From the NCBI GenBank assembly GCA_965649765.1, contig OZ287752.1, forward strand, positions 80,104,001 to 80,168,000: a stretch of DNA of 64,000 bases, read 5' to 3'. Source of the stretch: Bispira polyomma. Taxonomy: Eukaryota. Below the pieces are notes generated by a model, which did not search any database, was not told where the DNA came from, and saw nothing but the letters and a program-made list of their open reading frames with translations. Positions 26,313-41,814 of this stretch are shown here, one piece after another; position 1 is the stretch's first letter; each line of letters begins with the position of its first letter. A program made the position numbers and the translations under genes.

Positions 26313-26531
26313 TCAATACCTCCGTCAAAGATGTTACATACCTGTAGCCCCCTGCTGCTTGGTGTTCGTGTGTGTTTGTGTTAGGATTACACAGTAACTA
26401 CTGAACCAATTTAAATGTGATTTGGTGCAGGAATGGGATATCAACTACAACAAAACTGTGAATCAAATAATTGTTTTTATTTTTTTGGCACCTCAGCAAA
26501 GGTATGCACTCTACTGAGTGTCCTTCTGGTT
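26313..26531 (+). mobile_element. Helentron-associated non-autonomous element (HINE/DINE-1-like); copies at ~32215, 37928 and 47660
   Basis: Sub-terminal CCTCCGTCAAAG, GT-rich microsatellite, core AGGATTACACAGTAACTACTGAACC, 3' hairpin GCACTC-TACT-GAGTG then CTGGTT (CTAGTT in the 37928 copy). Confidence 0.7.
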
Positions 26532-29500
26532 ATGGCTATGTAATGGCAGTTCTAATATATGTCTTATTCATTTCGGTTTCATATACTTTTTGTTGTTTGA
26601 TAACAAAGGTGCAATATCTTTTTATAATGTTTTAAGATTTTGTTGGACTTATCAAAGAGACATGTATTACCGATATGGTCCACCAAATATGGTGACATAG
26701 AGATGTCAAAATTAGGTTGTTTTAAGGGTTTGTTGGCCTTATTAAAAAGCCATGTATCACTGATTCTGATAAGATTTCAATCTTTGTTAGATATGGTGCA
26801 CCAAACATGATGACATAGAGATGTGATACCATTCTTGTTATGTTCATCTGTCAAATTTATCTGAATTAGCAAAAACCCAATAAACACGAAAATGTGATTG
26901 AAACATCTTTGACATTTTATGAATAATTTTAAAAAGAATAAAAATTGCAGTCTAAATTTAACTCTTGCATTTGTGCTGGGTGATGGATGGTATTTTTATC
27001 TAGATTGCAATCACAGATTTAAATTGGTATTGTGCATTAGACATAACCATTAAACAAGAGTTTTAAAGATGAAATTTTATGTCAACATGGTGTGACTTCA
27101 GGCCAACTGCTTTCAAAAAACATATAATGCAATAATATAATTTCCCAGGTTGATCAATATAATGAATAAAAACTATTTGATTATTTTTCTATCTGCAATA
27201 ATCATTATGGCAAACATAACTGCAAGCAAGACCACTTGGTTTATAATGCCTGAAGCTTTGACATTACACACTACAGTGGCATGTATAGGTTAGGGTCCAC
27301 ATTAGTGTTCAGTCTTTGAATTAAAATATACAGCGGTCAAAGTGCCTTAACCTACCTTAATTACCCAACATTAATATTAATACAATCTAATACTTATTTA
27401 TTGTCCAATCAGCCATTAAATACAGATTTATCGTGGTTGATTTAGGTAATACAATGAACTGTATCAACCAGCGCCTTTGAACGTGTATATATTGAAACAA
27501 TGAACTGTATCAACCGACGCCCGTGAACGTGTCTATGTTATATGGTGTTTAAGGTTTTTAGTGTCAATTTCACACAAAATATCAACCTTAACAACACAAT
27601 TGAATATTAAACTCGAATTGTATTGCTTTATAAAAACGAATATAAAGCTAATTATTTACGTTACACCTCCGTATTGTTTGTATTTTGGGGGTTTTTCTGA
27701 CAGTTTTATGTTATTTTGTGACCTATATACATAATAATAACATTTTATAGCCCTTTGGTGTGGTATAATAAAATATATATCAATCAAAAAGATAAAACAA
27801 ACAATACTTTTATAACTTACACTTACCTCTTTACTTCTCAACTGCAGTGACGTTTAGCACATGACTGTTACTCAGTTCTTATCTCACTAGTAATAAACTG
27901 AACAAAGAGGTTGTGCTATAGATGAAATTCAAAGTAAAATGCTTAAATTAGTCAGAGTTTTAGAAGACATTTGTACAGGAATGGCATTAACCAAGTGAGC
28001 TAAGGAGAAAAACTGATATTTTTGTTCAACAGATATAAATGTGTACATTTAAAAATCAGTACGTTGAACCCCATTTTGCAGCAGGTAAAAGGGGGTGACA
28101 GGTTAAATGACAGAGGGGTGTACTAGGAATAATTGGGAAGAATTTGTGTGTATTCAAAGTGTTATTTAAAACACATCTAACATCACTAAATACTATAGCA
28201 TGGTTTTGGAAAAGTTATTGGTCATGTCAGAGGAACAGGGTTTGATAAAGATGGGATGTCTCAATGTTGTGCTTCTCAAATATCTCACAGAACAACATCC
28301 GGGGTTTTGTTAGGGTGATATTAGTGCTGAGAAAGAAAATGTGACTTCTAAATAAGACATAAATGTCAACTCTTCTCATCGAAGCTTTTCTGTCCTTTAT
28401 TTGACATTCTAAGAACTGATTTTTTTGGTGTGTGTGTCTTTTTCATTTAATGAAAAAGTGATATATTTCAAGAATGGAATGATAAAGGATCTTCATTCAA
28501 CTAAAAGCTGCAGAATTGATAATTTTTTTATCAACCCACATAGGCTTCATATTTGAACTTTTTCCAACAAAGAATGGAATAGAATCAAAATCATCAATGA
28601 TGCATGCGGAATTGCAAAAACATTAACATTAACGTTATTAAATAACGACACCAAAAATCTTGAAACAACATACATTTTCCATTACAATGGTGCATTGTTT
28701 TGGAAAACTGATATTTAACAAAAATAAAATGACTAAAAGATCTGTAAGAACTGGGGTATCTATAATATACCAGACCTAGAAGGCCTCTCGGCAGAATGCA
28801 TACTGTTGCAAAATTGTTGTAGTAACTCCATCCACACATGACAGCAGTTTATGTAACTGGCCATTTGTAATTCAGACACCACATGATTTCCACACTATTG
28901 AATCCTAAAAGGGAATTAAACTACTAGCTAAGCTTTAATATAACCAGTTGTTCTGCTACAGATACATATCATTGTTTGCTTAGATATTGCATTAAAAACA
29001 AATCATAGTTTAAATTTTTTAGTTTTGAAGTAGCCATATTCCATTGCTTTTGTTAAAAGCTATAACACAGTAGAATTATTTAAATTGAAAATATTTCATT
29101 TCATGAGACAGATGAAGCCTTGATATGGGTGTAATGTATGTGACAGTTGACAATGCTGTGAATGTCAATACAATCCTCAGATGTCACATAGATGTTCTGC
29201 ATATATCAACGGGGGACATAGTGCTCCTGCAAAGAGACACAGACATACATAAAGCTTTTGAAGCTACAGACAAAAAAGTTTACTCCCTACCAAAATAGAA
29301 AAATAGAAAAATCCCCTCCCAAATCCAGAAGACCCTGCTCATATATCTTGATTTTATGACTCTCACACTAGGGGATTTATACACCAATGTGGACTTTGAA
29401 TAAAAAATAATACATAGGAGGGATGTAGCCCCCTAAAGGGACATAACTTACTGAAGATATTCTTTGACTACTCTAGGATACTGTCTTATTCCATCATCAG

Positions 29501-29769
29501 AGTGTCTCGTTAGCACAAGATGGTATGGCTCATTCCCTCAAGATATTATCCAATTCAAAAAAATAGTCCGATAGGAAAAAAAGTTTGTGATCAGAGGTCA
29601 GTCATGATGAGGATATGAAAGTTAAGGCGGAAATGCAAGTTTGTACAATTGTGTTTTGAGCTTTTCTCTAAATCCTGTAATTCTTGTCACATTGAAAAGA
29701 CAAGTATAGAGATATTATTTTTCCCACAAGCCTAGAAATATATACACCAGTGTGAGAGGGGTGTACATG

Positions 29770-30550
29770 CATACATAGCCCCTAAAGGGACATAGGGTAT
29801 TAACAAAGTTCTTTCTTTGTTATCTTGTTCCCTAAAGATATTACTTTGTTCCCTCAATATACAGTATACAATGTATATTGTTCTCTTACGATATTATCTA
29901 ACCCCATAAGGATAGTAATTTGTTACACTAGATATTAATTTGTTCATTCAAAATATTATGTTGTTCCCTAGAGATAGTATCCCATTCCCTTACGAGAGTA
30001 TCTCATTCCATTAAGATAGTATAGTGTTCCTTCAAGATAGTATAGTGTTTCACCATTTCTCATTACCACAAGATAGTATCTCATAATCTCAAGATAGTAT
30101 CTCATTACCACAAGATGATATGTCATTGTCTTAAGATAGTATCTCATACCCACAAGGTAGTATCTCATTCCTTGAAGATAGTGCCTGAGGTAGTACATAC
30201 ATCTATATAGCCACTTCTGTATTGACCTCATGCATTATATTGTAAACTTAATTGAATAAATTAGCTATGCATCTTTGCTTCAGCATTGTATACCTAATAA
30301 TTAACATAACAGTACCTTGTTTCATCAATATTGTAACCCATTGCCTCAAGATAATATCTCGGTCTGTCAAGATAAAATCTTGTTCTATCAAGATAGTATC
30401 TTGTTATTACAAGATGGTATCACATTCTCTTAAAATACATGTCTATTTTAGTAGTAACAAAATAATATTTTCAGGATATAATATAATATCTTCAGGGAAC
30501 TAGTTATATTTTAAAAAATGACTATCACTCTATCATTTATGGGCACTGTA
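29770..30550. mobile_element. Non-autonomous element with internal ~21-bp tandem repeats (CAAGATAGTATCTCATT..); copies at ~35500, 39975 and 50500
   Basis: Repeat array read directly; degenerate inverted ends TACATAGCCCCTAAAGGGACAT / ATCATTTATGGGCACTGTA. Confidence 0.6.
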
Positions 30551-33500
30551 TGCATGATATGATATTGGGCATAGAAATACGGAAAAATATAGAAAGTGTA
30601 AAAGGATGGCGCCTAAAACTTAATGGTTATTAAATTGTCATTAAAGGTATTCAAATGTTTCATGAAACACATGCATATTTATTAACCACACTTGCTTAAA
30701 ACATTTTTTGTGACAAAGATATCACCAGGTTTCAGCACAATAGCCTAATGGGTTAAAATATAAGATAATTTTCTGGAACAAAATTGCATAACACATGCTA
30801 AAATTGTGACTCATCAGTAAGTTTTTTTTTTCATTCCATTCCCATCAGTCTCATTTTGTCCAGAATGCTTTAAAAAAACAATAACAACACTGCATAATCA
30901 GAATTGAGATGTATTGGTGTTTGTTTCAATGAGAGATATATGATTCATTTACATTTCTGATCTATCTTACAAAGGACTTGTTTAACTTTGTATTACTAAT
31001 TCTTACACAATCTGCACCACCAAACATGTTCTGCGGTTTTTGAGGCTTAATAACTATTCAGTTTGACTAAAAAGTCATCTGGTAGTGACTTTAATCTTTT
31101 CAGTTAACATAATCTTTTATTTTCGAATATCTAGTTGTCACAAATAATTAGAAAACAAGAATAGTCCCAGATTGATATGCACATTTTTATTTTTAAATTA
31201 TTTTATAGACATTTGATTGGCTGTTCAAATTGGATGAAGTAGCATTTTAGACATTTAATTGGCTGTTCAAATTGTCTAAAGCAATATGATTGGCTGAAAC
31301 TGAGAAAAGTCTAAGAATGTTTGTGAATACGACCCCTGAGGTCAGAACAAATGTGTATAGCTGCCAGAAAAAGGTATTGCAGGACTGTACAGTTGTACCA
31401 AGTGTTTTCCTGCTTTTGAAAAATAAGACAGTTAAAAGATATATTTAACTGCCACATTAGCTTGTAGAAGGGTAGTAATTTAACTATTCATATTTGATAG
31501 AACGAAAAAAAAATGACTTGAAGACTTTTTTTGTGTAATTTTGCGTCCAAAATACAAAGCACCAGGGACATAGTTTGTGAAATACTGAATCAAATCTTCA
31601 GTGTAAGAGACATATGTTAACACAAAGCAAACAAGAGTATGCACAGAAAACTTAAATAATTTAAGCTCAACATCAAGACTAATTGTAAAATATGTTCGAT
31701 CCACAGAACCAATGTCCATATTCAATAAAAAATTCACAAGATTCTTGGGTTGGATTTGTTATCTATTCATTGTGGAATTCCGTCACCACTTTCACAACTG
31801 TCTTTTCAACAGCCCTCCTACTTTGCTACTCGTCTTTCCTTCGGTATTCTTAAAAGAGGAAAGAGACACTATGTTTCCCCTGTAAAACCCACTAAAGTGG
31901 ATGTAGAGTTTTCTCACTTCCTACGCCAACACGTTATGTAATAGTCTCTAGTTGAGTTTAGACAACGTGAAACACTATCTAGGTTTAGGAGAAAACAGAA
32001 ACAATTTCTCTTCAAACTAGCTTAACCTCGTATTTAACCTGCACTCTATACCACCATATCCTTTCTTACAACGGTGGCTATGTATTTTTGACTTCTTCAG
32101 TGGTTAATTGAATCTGTTGTGGTGCTTTAGAAAATGCCTGGCATCAATGAGGCACGCTGAAAATGTAAAAATACAGTACAGTACAATTCTGCAATGTACA
32201 CATGATGGCCAAGTTAATATCTCAGTCAAAGATGTTACATATCTGTACCTTTTTGTTGTTTGGTGTGTGTTTGTCATTATATTTACACAGTAACTACTGA
32301 ACCAATTTACATGGGGGCATTTGTTGGAGGGTATCACCTACAAAAGTGTGGAACAAATAATTGTTTTTCAATTTTTAGCAAATTAGCATAGGTATGAACT
32401 CTAGTGGGTGTCCTTCTAGCTCTGGCTATGTTATGGCAGTTCTAATATAAGTCTTGTTCATTTTGGTTTCATACAATTTCAGTTGTTCCATAACAAAGGT
32501 GCAATATCTCTGTCAAATTTTTATGATGTTTTAAGGTTTTGTTGGTTTTATCAAAGAGACATGAAGATGTGATACATTCCTTGTCATGTTCAATCTGAAT
32601 TAGTGAAAACAGAACAAACACAGAAATTGATTGGAACATCTTGGACTTTTTATGGATAAATTAAAAAAAAAAAAGAATAAAAATTGCAGTCTAAATTTAA
32701 CTCTTGCACTTATGCTGGGTGATGAATGATAGTTTTATCTGGATTGCAATCACAGATTTAAATTGGTAATGTGCATTAGACATAACAATTAAACAAGCGT
32801 TTCAAAGAGGCAATTTTATGTCAACATGGTGTGACTTCAGGCCCACTGCTTTAAAAAAACACATAATGCAATAATATAATTTCCCAGTTTGATCAATATA
32901 ATGAATAAAAAACTATTTGATTATTTTTCTATCTGCAATAATCATTTGGGCAAACATAACTGCAAACAAGACCAATTGGTTTATAAGGCCTGAAGCTTTG
33001 ACATCACACACTACAGTGGCATGTATAGGTTAGGGTCCAAATTAGTGTTCACTCTTTGAATTATAATATACAGCGATCAAAGGGCCCTAAACTACTTAAA
33101 TTACCCAACATTAATGTTAATACAATCCAATACTTATTTAATGTCCAATCGGCCATTAAATACAGATTTATCATGGTTGATATGGGTGATACAATGAACT
33201 GTATCAACCAGTGCCTTTGAACGTGTATATAGTGATAAAATAAACTGTATTAACCGGCACCCCTGAATGTGTATATAAAACTTGTGTAGCAAATTTATAA
33301 GGTTTTTAGTGTCAATTTCACACAAAATATCAACTTTAACAACACAATGGAATATTAAACTCGAATTGTATTGCTTTATAAAAACGAATTTAAAGGTAAT
33401 TATTTATGTAACACCTCTGTATTGTTAGTATTTGGAGGGTTTTCTGACAGTTTTATGTTATATTATGACCTATATATACATAATACTAACATTTTATAGC

Positions 33501-36500
33501 CTTTTGGTGTGGTGTATTAAAATATGTATCAATCAAAAGGATAAAACACACAATACTTTTATAACCTACACTTACCTTTTTAATTCTCAACTGCAGTGAC
33601 GTTTAGCACATGACTGTTACTTAGTTCTTATCTCACTAGTAATAAACTGAACAAAAAGGTTGTACTATAGATGGAATTTAAAGTAAACTGCTTAAATTAG
33701 TCAGAGTTTTAGAAGACATTTGTACAGAAATGGCATTAACCAAGTAGCTAAGGAGAAAAACTAATATTTTTGTTCAACAGATATAAATGTGTACATTTAA
33801 AAATCAGTACGTTGAACCCCATTTTGCAGCAGGTAAAAGGGGGTGACAGGTTAAATGACAGAGGGGTGTACTAGGAATAATTGGGAAGAATTTGTGTGTA
33901 TTCAAAGTGTTATTTAAAACACATCTAACATCACTAAATACTATAGCATGGCTTTGGAAAAGTTATTGGTCATGTCAGAGGAAAAGGGTTTGATAAAGAT
34001 GGGATTTCTCAATGTTGTTCTTGTCAGAACAACATCCAGGTTTTTGTTAGGGTGATATTAGTGCTGAGAAAGGAAATGTGACTTCTAAATTAGACATAAA
34101 TGTCAACTCTTCTCATCGAAACTTTTCTGTCCTTTATTTGACATTCCAAGAACTGATTTTTTTTGGTGTGTGTGTCTTTTTCATTCAATGAAAAAGTAAT
34201 ACATTTCAGGAATGGAATGATAAAGGATCTTCATTCAACTAAGAGCTGCAGAATTGATAATTTTGTTATCAACCCACATAGGTTCCATATTTGAACTTTT
34301 TCCAACAAAGAACGGAATAGAATCAGAATCATCAATGATGCATGCGGAATTGCAAAAACATTAACATTAACGTTATTAAATAACAACACCAAAAATCTTG
34401 AAACAACATACATTTTCCATTACATTGGCTCATTGTTTTGGAAAACTGATATTTAACAAAAATAAAATGACTAAAAGATCTGTAAGAACTGGGGTATCTA
34501 AAATATACCAGACCTAGAAGGCCTCTCGGCAGAATGCATACTGTTGCAAAATTGTTGTAGTAACTCCATCCATACATGACATCAGGTTATGTAACTGGCC
34601 ATTTGTAATTCAGACACCACATGATTTCCACACTATTGAATCCTAAAAGGGGCTTAAAGTATTAGATAAGCTTTAATATAAGAAGTTGTTCTGCTACAGA
34701 TACATATCATTGTTTGCTTAGATATTGCATTAAAAATAATCATAGTTTCAATTATTTAGTTTTGAAGTAGCCATATTCCATTGCTTTTATTAAAAGCTAT
34801 AACACAGTAGAAGAATTTAAATCGAAAATGTTTCATTTCATGAGACAGATGAAGCCTTGATATGGGTGTAATGTATGTGACAGTTGACAATGCTGTGAAT
34901 GTCAATACAATCCTCAGAGGTCACATAGATGTTCTGCATATATCAACGGGGGGCATAGTCCTCCTGCAAAGAGACACAGGCATACATAAAGCTTTTCAAG
35001 CTACAGATAAAACAGTTTACTCCCTACCAAAATAGAAAAATTCCCTCCCAAATCCAGAAGACCCTGCTCAGATATCTTGGTTTTATGACTGTCACACTAG
35101 CAGATTTATACACCAATATGGACTTTGAATAAAAATATAATACATCGGAGGAATGTAGCCCCCTAAAGGGACATAACTAACTGAAGATATTCTTTGACTA
35201 CTCTAGGATACTGTCTTATTCCATCATCAGAGTTTATCGTAAGAACAAGATGGTATGTCTCATTCTCTCAAGATATTATCCAATTAAAAAGAATAGTCCG
35301 ATAGGAAAAATGGTTTGTGATCATAGTTCAGTCATGATGACGATATGAAAGTTGAGGCGGAAATGCAAGTTGATACAATTGTGTTTTTAGCTTTTCCCTA
35401 AATCCTGTAATTCTTGTCACATTGAGAAGACAAGTATGAAGATATTATAATTTTCCCACAGGCCTAGAAATGTATACACCAGTGTGAGAGGGTGTACATG
35501 TATACATAGTCCCTAAAGGGACATGGGGTATCGGAGAAATTCTTTCTTTGTTATCTTATTCCTTCAAGATATTACTTTGTTCCCTCAATATACAATGTAT
35601 ATATATATATTAGATATTAATTTGTTCATTCAAAATATTATGTTGTTCCCTAGAGATAGTATCCGATTCCTTTACGAGAGTATCTCATTCCATCAAGATA
35701 GTATAGTGTTCCTTCAAGATAGTATAGTGTTTCACCATTTCTCATTACCACAAAATAGTATCTCATAATCTCAAGATGGTATCTTATTACCACAAGGTAA
35801 TATCTCATTGTCTTAAGATAGTATCTCATTCCCACAAGGTAGTATCTCATTTCTTGAAGATAGTGCCTTGGGTAGTACGTACTTAACGTCTATATAGCCA
35901 CTTCTGTATTGACCTCTTGACATTGATTGTACATGCATAATATTATAAATTTAATTGAATAACATCTCCTAGCTATGCATCTTTGCTTCATCATTGTATA
36001 CCTAATAATTAACATAACAGTACCTTGTTTCATCAATATTGTAACCCATTGCCTCAAGATAATATCTCGGTCTGTCAAGATAAAATCTTGTTCTATCAAG
36101 ATAGTATCTTGTTATTACAAGATGGTATCACATTCTCTCAAAATACATGTCTATTTTAGTAGTAACAAAATAATATTTTCAGGATATAATATCTTCTGGG
36201 AACGGGTTAAATTTTAAAAAATGACTATCACTCTATCATTTATGGGCACTGTATGCATGATATGATATTGGGCATAGAAATACGGAAAAATATAGAAAGT
36301 GTAAAAGGATGGCGCCTAAAACTTAATGGTTATTAAATTGTCATTAAAGGTATTCAAATGTTTCATGAAACACATGCATATTTATTAACCACACTTGCTT
36401 AAAACGTTATTTGTGACAAAGATATCACCAGGTTTCAGCACAATAGCCTAATGGGTTAAAATATTAGATAATTTTCTGGAACAAAATTGCATAACGCATG

Positions 36501-38872
36501 CTAAAATCGTGACTCATCAGTACGTTTTTTTGATTCCATTCCCATCAGTCTCATTTTGTCCAGAATACTTTTAAAAAAGCTATAACACAACATAATCAGA
36601 TTTATTCACTGAGAATTGAGATGTATTGGTGCTATTTTCAATGAGAGATATATGATTCATTTACATTTCTGATCTATCTTACAAATGACTTGTTTAACTT
36701 TGTATTACTAATTCTTACACAATCTACAACACCAAACATGTTCTGCTGTTTTTGAGGCTTGATAACTATTCAGTTTGACTGAAAAGTCATCTGGTAGTGG
36801 CTTTAATCTGTGTAGTTTACAAAATCTTTTATTTTCGAATATCTAGTTGTCACAAATAATTATTAAACAACAATAGTCCCGGATTGATATGCACCTTTTT
36901 TTATTCTTAAATTATTTTATAGACATTTGATTGGCTGTTCAAATTGTCTGAAGTAACATTTTGGACATTTGATTGGCTGTTCAAATTGTCTGAAGCAATA
37001 TGATTGGCTGAAACTGAGTCTAAGAATGTTTGTGAATACAACCCCTGAGGTCAGAACAAATGTGTATAGCTGCCGGAAAAAGGTATTGCAGGACTGTACA
37101 GTTGTACCAAGTGTTTCCCTGCTTTTGAAAAATAAGACAGTTAAAAGGTATATTTAACTGGCACATTAGCTTGTAGAAGGGTAGTAATTTAACTATTCAT
37201 ATTTGATAGAACGAAAAAAAAATGACTTGAAGACTTTTTTTGTGTAATTTTGCGTCCAAAATACAAAGCACCAGGGACATAGTTTGTGAAATACTGAATC
37301 AAATCTTCAGTGTAAGAGACATATGTTAACACAAAGCAAACAAGAGTATGCACAGAAAACTTAAATAATTTAAGCTCAACATCAAGACTAATTGTAAAAT
37401 ATGTTCGTTCCACAGAACCAATGTCCATATTCAATAAAAAATTCACAAGATTCTTGGGTTGGATTTGTTATCTATTCATTGTGGAATTCCGTCACCACTT
37501 TCACAACTGTCGTTTTCAACAGCCCTCCTACTTTGCTACTCGTCTTTCTTTCGGTATCCTTAAGAGAGGAAAGAGGCACTCTGTTTCCTCTGTAAAACCC
37601 ACTAAAGTTGGTGTAGAGTTTTCTCACTTGCTACCCCAACATGTTCTAGTCTGTACTAGTCTCTAGTTGAGTTTAGATCACTTGAAACGCTTTCTGGGTT
37701 TAGGAGAAAGCACAAACCATTTCTCTTCAAACTAGCTTTACCTCACAATTAACTCTCACTCTACACCACCATATCATTTCTTACAACCATGGCTATCTAT
37801 TTTTGACTCTTCAGTGGTTAATTGAATCTGTTGTGGTGCTTTAGAAGAATGCTGGCATCAATAAGGCATGCTAAAATTGCAAAAAATACAATGCAGTACA
37901 GTTTTGCAATGTACACATGATGGCCAAGTCAATACCTCTGTCAAAGATGTTACATATCTGTACCTTTTTGTTGTTTGGTGTGTGTCTTTGTCATTATAAT
38001 TACACAGTAACTACTGAACCAATTTAAATGGGGGCATTTGGTAGAGGGTATCAACCACAAAAGAGTGGATCAAATAATTGTTTTGTAATTTTTGGCACCT
38101 TAGCATAGGTATGAACTCTAGTGGGTGTCCTTCTAGTTCTGGCTATGTTATGGCAGTTCTAATATAAGTCTTGGTCATTTTGGTTTCATAAAATTCCAGT
38201 TGTTCCATAACAAAGATGCAATATCTCTGTCAAATTTTTATGATGTTTTAAGGTTTTGTTGGTCTTATCAAAGAGACATGAAGATGTGATACATTCCTTG
38301 TCATGTTCAATCTGAATTAGTAAAAACAGAACAAACACAGAAATTTGATTGGAACATCTTGGACTTTTTATGGATAATTTAAAAAAAAAAAGAATAAAAA
38401 TTGCAGTCTAAATTTAACTCTTGCATTTGTGCTGGGTGATGAATGGTAGTTTTATCTAGATTGCAATCACAGATTTAAATTGGTAGTATGCATTTGACAT
38501 AACCATTAAACAAGAGTTTCAAAGAGGCAATTTTATGTCAACTGGTGTGACTTCAGGCCAACTGCTTTAACAAAAACATATAATGCAATAATATAATTTC
38601 CCAGTTTGATCAATATAATGAATAAAAAACTGTTTGAAATTTTTTCTATCTGCAATCATCATTATGGCAAACATAACTGCATACAAGACCAATTTATAAC
38701 GCCTGAAGCTTTAGCATCAAACACTAGAGTGGCATGTATAGGTTAGGATTCACATTAGTGTTCTCTCTTTGCAATAAAATGTACAGCTGCCAAAGGGCCC
38801 TAACCTACTTAAATTACACCCAAACATTAATGTTAATACAATATAATATTTATTATCCAATCGGCTATTAAA

Positions 38873-39180
38873 CATCAGCGTGTTCAGTACACAGCAGTAA
38901 GATTGGTAATGTGACAATTAAATACTCATCAGTTTTACTGTTGCCGGTCCAAAGTCTCGAATGAACTTCCTCTCACTTTTAAAAAAATAGACAATATTGA
39001 GCTTTTCAAAAATAATTGAAAACTTTTGTAATGCATATATGTAACGTCATCTAGCCTTAATGTCTACTCCTCTACAGGACACTGTATTTCAATTTAATAA
39101 TGTGTATGTCTGCAAAGCTCTAAGGGTTTGTTAGCATACATAAAATAGTGCTTTTTTAATGTTTGTTAATAATAATAATA
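38873..39180 (+). mobile_element. 5'-truncated L2/CR1 insertion specific to repeat unit 3
   Basis: Absent at the homologous sites 27420 and 33160; ATTAAA duplicated at 38867-38872 and 39181-39186; (AAT)n tail; VAGPK remnant. Confidence 0.75.
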
Positions 39181-41814
39181 ATTAAATACACCATTATCGT
39201 GGTTGATATAGGTGATACAATAAACTGTATCAACCAGCGCCCGTGAACGTGTATATGGTGATACAATAAACTGTATCAACCGGCGCCTGTGAACTTGTAT
39301 TTAAAACTTGTAGTAGTACAAATTTTTAAGGTTTTTAGTGTCAGTTTCACACAAAATGTCAACTTTAACAACACAATGGAATATTAAACTCGAATTGTAT
39401 TGCTTTATAAAAACGAATTTAAAGCTAATTATATATGTAACACCTCTGTATTGTTAGTATTTGGGGGGTTATCTGACAGTTTTATGTCATATTATGACCT
39501 ATATATACATAATACTATAACATTTTATAGCCCTTTGTTGTGGTGTATTAAAATATGTATCAATCAAAAGGATAAAACACACAATACTTTTATAACCTAC
39601 ACTTACCATTTTACTTCTCAACTGCGGTGACGTTTAGTACATGACTGTTACTTAGTTCTTATCTCACTAGTAATAAACTGAACAAAAAGGTTGTACTATA
39701 GATGGAATTTAAAGTAAACTGCTTAAATTAGTCAGAGTTTTAGAAGACATTTGTACAGGAATGGCATTAACCAAGTGAGCTAAGGAGAAAAACTGATATT
39801 TTTGTTCAACAGATATAAATGTGTACATTTGAAAATCAGTACGTTGAACCCCATTTTGTAGCAGCTAAAGAGGGGTGACAGGTTAAATGTCAGAAAGGTC
39901 CTGATATTTTATGAAAATAAAATGACCATAAGATCTGTAAGAACTGGGGTATCTATAATATACCAGAACTTAAAGGCCAGTATCTTATCATCACAAGATA
40001 GTATCTCATTCCAACAAGATAGTATCTCATTCCAACAAGATAGTATCTCATTCCTTGAAGATAGGGCCTCTGGTAGTACATGCTTAACATCTATATAGCC
40101 ACTTCTGTATTGACCTCTTGACATTGATCGTATGTGCATAATATTGTAAACTTAATTGAATAAATATGTGTCCCAGCTATTCATCTTTGCTTCATCTTGT
40201 ATACCTAATCAATACCATAACAGTACCTTGTTTTATCAATATTGTAACCCATTGCCTCAAGATAATATCTTGGTCCGTCAAGATAGAATCTTGTACTATC
40301 AAGAAAGTATCTTGTTATGACAAGATGGTATCACATTCTCTCAAAATACATGCCTATTTAAGTGGTAACAAAACAATATTTTGAGGATATAATATAATAT
40401 CTTCAGAGAACAAGTTGAATTTTAAAAAATGATCATTTATAGGCACAATATGCATGATATTTTGGGCATAGAAATACTGAATAATATATGAAGTGGAAAA
40501 TGATGGCGCCTAAAACTTGATGGTTAATAAATTGTTATTAAAGGTATTCAAATGTTCCATGAAACACATGTATATTCATTAACCACACTTGCTTAAAAGG
40601 TTATTTGTGACAAGATATCACCAGGTTTCAGCACAATAGCCTAATTGGTTAAAATATTAGATAATTTTCTTGAACAAAATTGCATAGCACATGCCAAAAT
40701 CTTTACTCATAAGTAAGTCTTTTCAGTAACAATAGTTTTTAGTGCGGTAAACAGATAGAAATATCAAATTCCATTATAACAGTGAGCTTTTTGTTCAAAC
40801 TTGCAGAAAAGTCCCTATTATCGGGAAGGTTTCCTGGAAGAAGATGGCAGGTCCAAGAAATTTAAATAAACATCCATTCCCATCAGTCTCATTTTGTCCA
40901 GATTGCATTAAAAAAGAAGCTATAGTAACACTACATAATCTGGTTTATTCACTAAGAATTGAGATGTATTTGTGTTAGTTTCAATGAGAGATATATGTTT
41001 CATTGACATTTCTGATCTTTCTTCCAAAAGACTTTGTATTACTAATTTTTACACCATCTACACCACCAAACATGTTCTGCCGTTTTTGAGGGCTGATAAC
41101 TATTACGTTTGATTGTAAAGTCATCTAGAATTGGCTTTAATCTGTTTAGTTTAACATAATCTTCTTTTATTCTCAAATATCTAGTTTACACAAATAATTA
41201 GAAAACAACAATAGTCCAGGGTTGATATGCACAAATTTTCGTATTCCTCAATTGTTTTATAGACATTTGATTGGCTGTTCAAATTGTCTGAAGTAACATT
41301 TTAGACATTTGATTGGCTGATCAAATTGTCTGAAGCAATATGATTGGCTGCAACTAAGAAAAGTCCAAAAATGTTTGTTAATACGACTCTTGAGGTCAGA
41401 ACAAATGTGGATAGCTACCGGAAAAAGGTATTGCAGGACTCTACAGATGTACCAAGTTTTTTCCAGCTATTGAAAAATAAGACAGTTAAAAGGTATATTT
41501 AACTGGCATATTAGCTTGTAGAAGGGTAGTAATTTAACTATTAATATTTCAAAGAACAAAATAAACGAATCGAAAATTTTTTAGTTTAATTTTGCATCCA
41601 AAATACAAAACACCATAGACATAGTTTTCGAAATACTGGACCAAATCTTCAATGTAAGAGACATAAAGCAAACAAAAGTATGCACAGCCATTTTAAATAA
41701 TTTAAACTCATCATCAAGGCTGATTGTGAAATATGTTCGTTCCACAGAACTAATGTTCATGTTCAATGAAAAATTTACAGGATTCCTGGGTTGGATTTGC
41801 TTCTTATTTGTTAT

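Noticed and set aside
29970-30430. 21-bp periodic repeats giving (MRYYL..)n ORFs; superficially CRISPR-like
   Set aside because: Contiguous degenerate tandem repeats without unique spacers, no cas genes, eukaryotic context; the ORFs are repeat artefacts
31480-31737. 85-aa ORF nearly identical at 37189-37446
   Set aside because: Identity reflects recent duplication; older copies (21410, 41581) are truncated or disrupted
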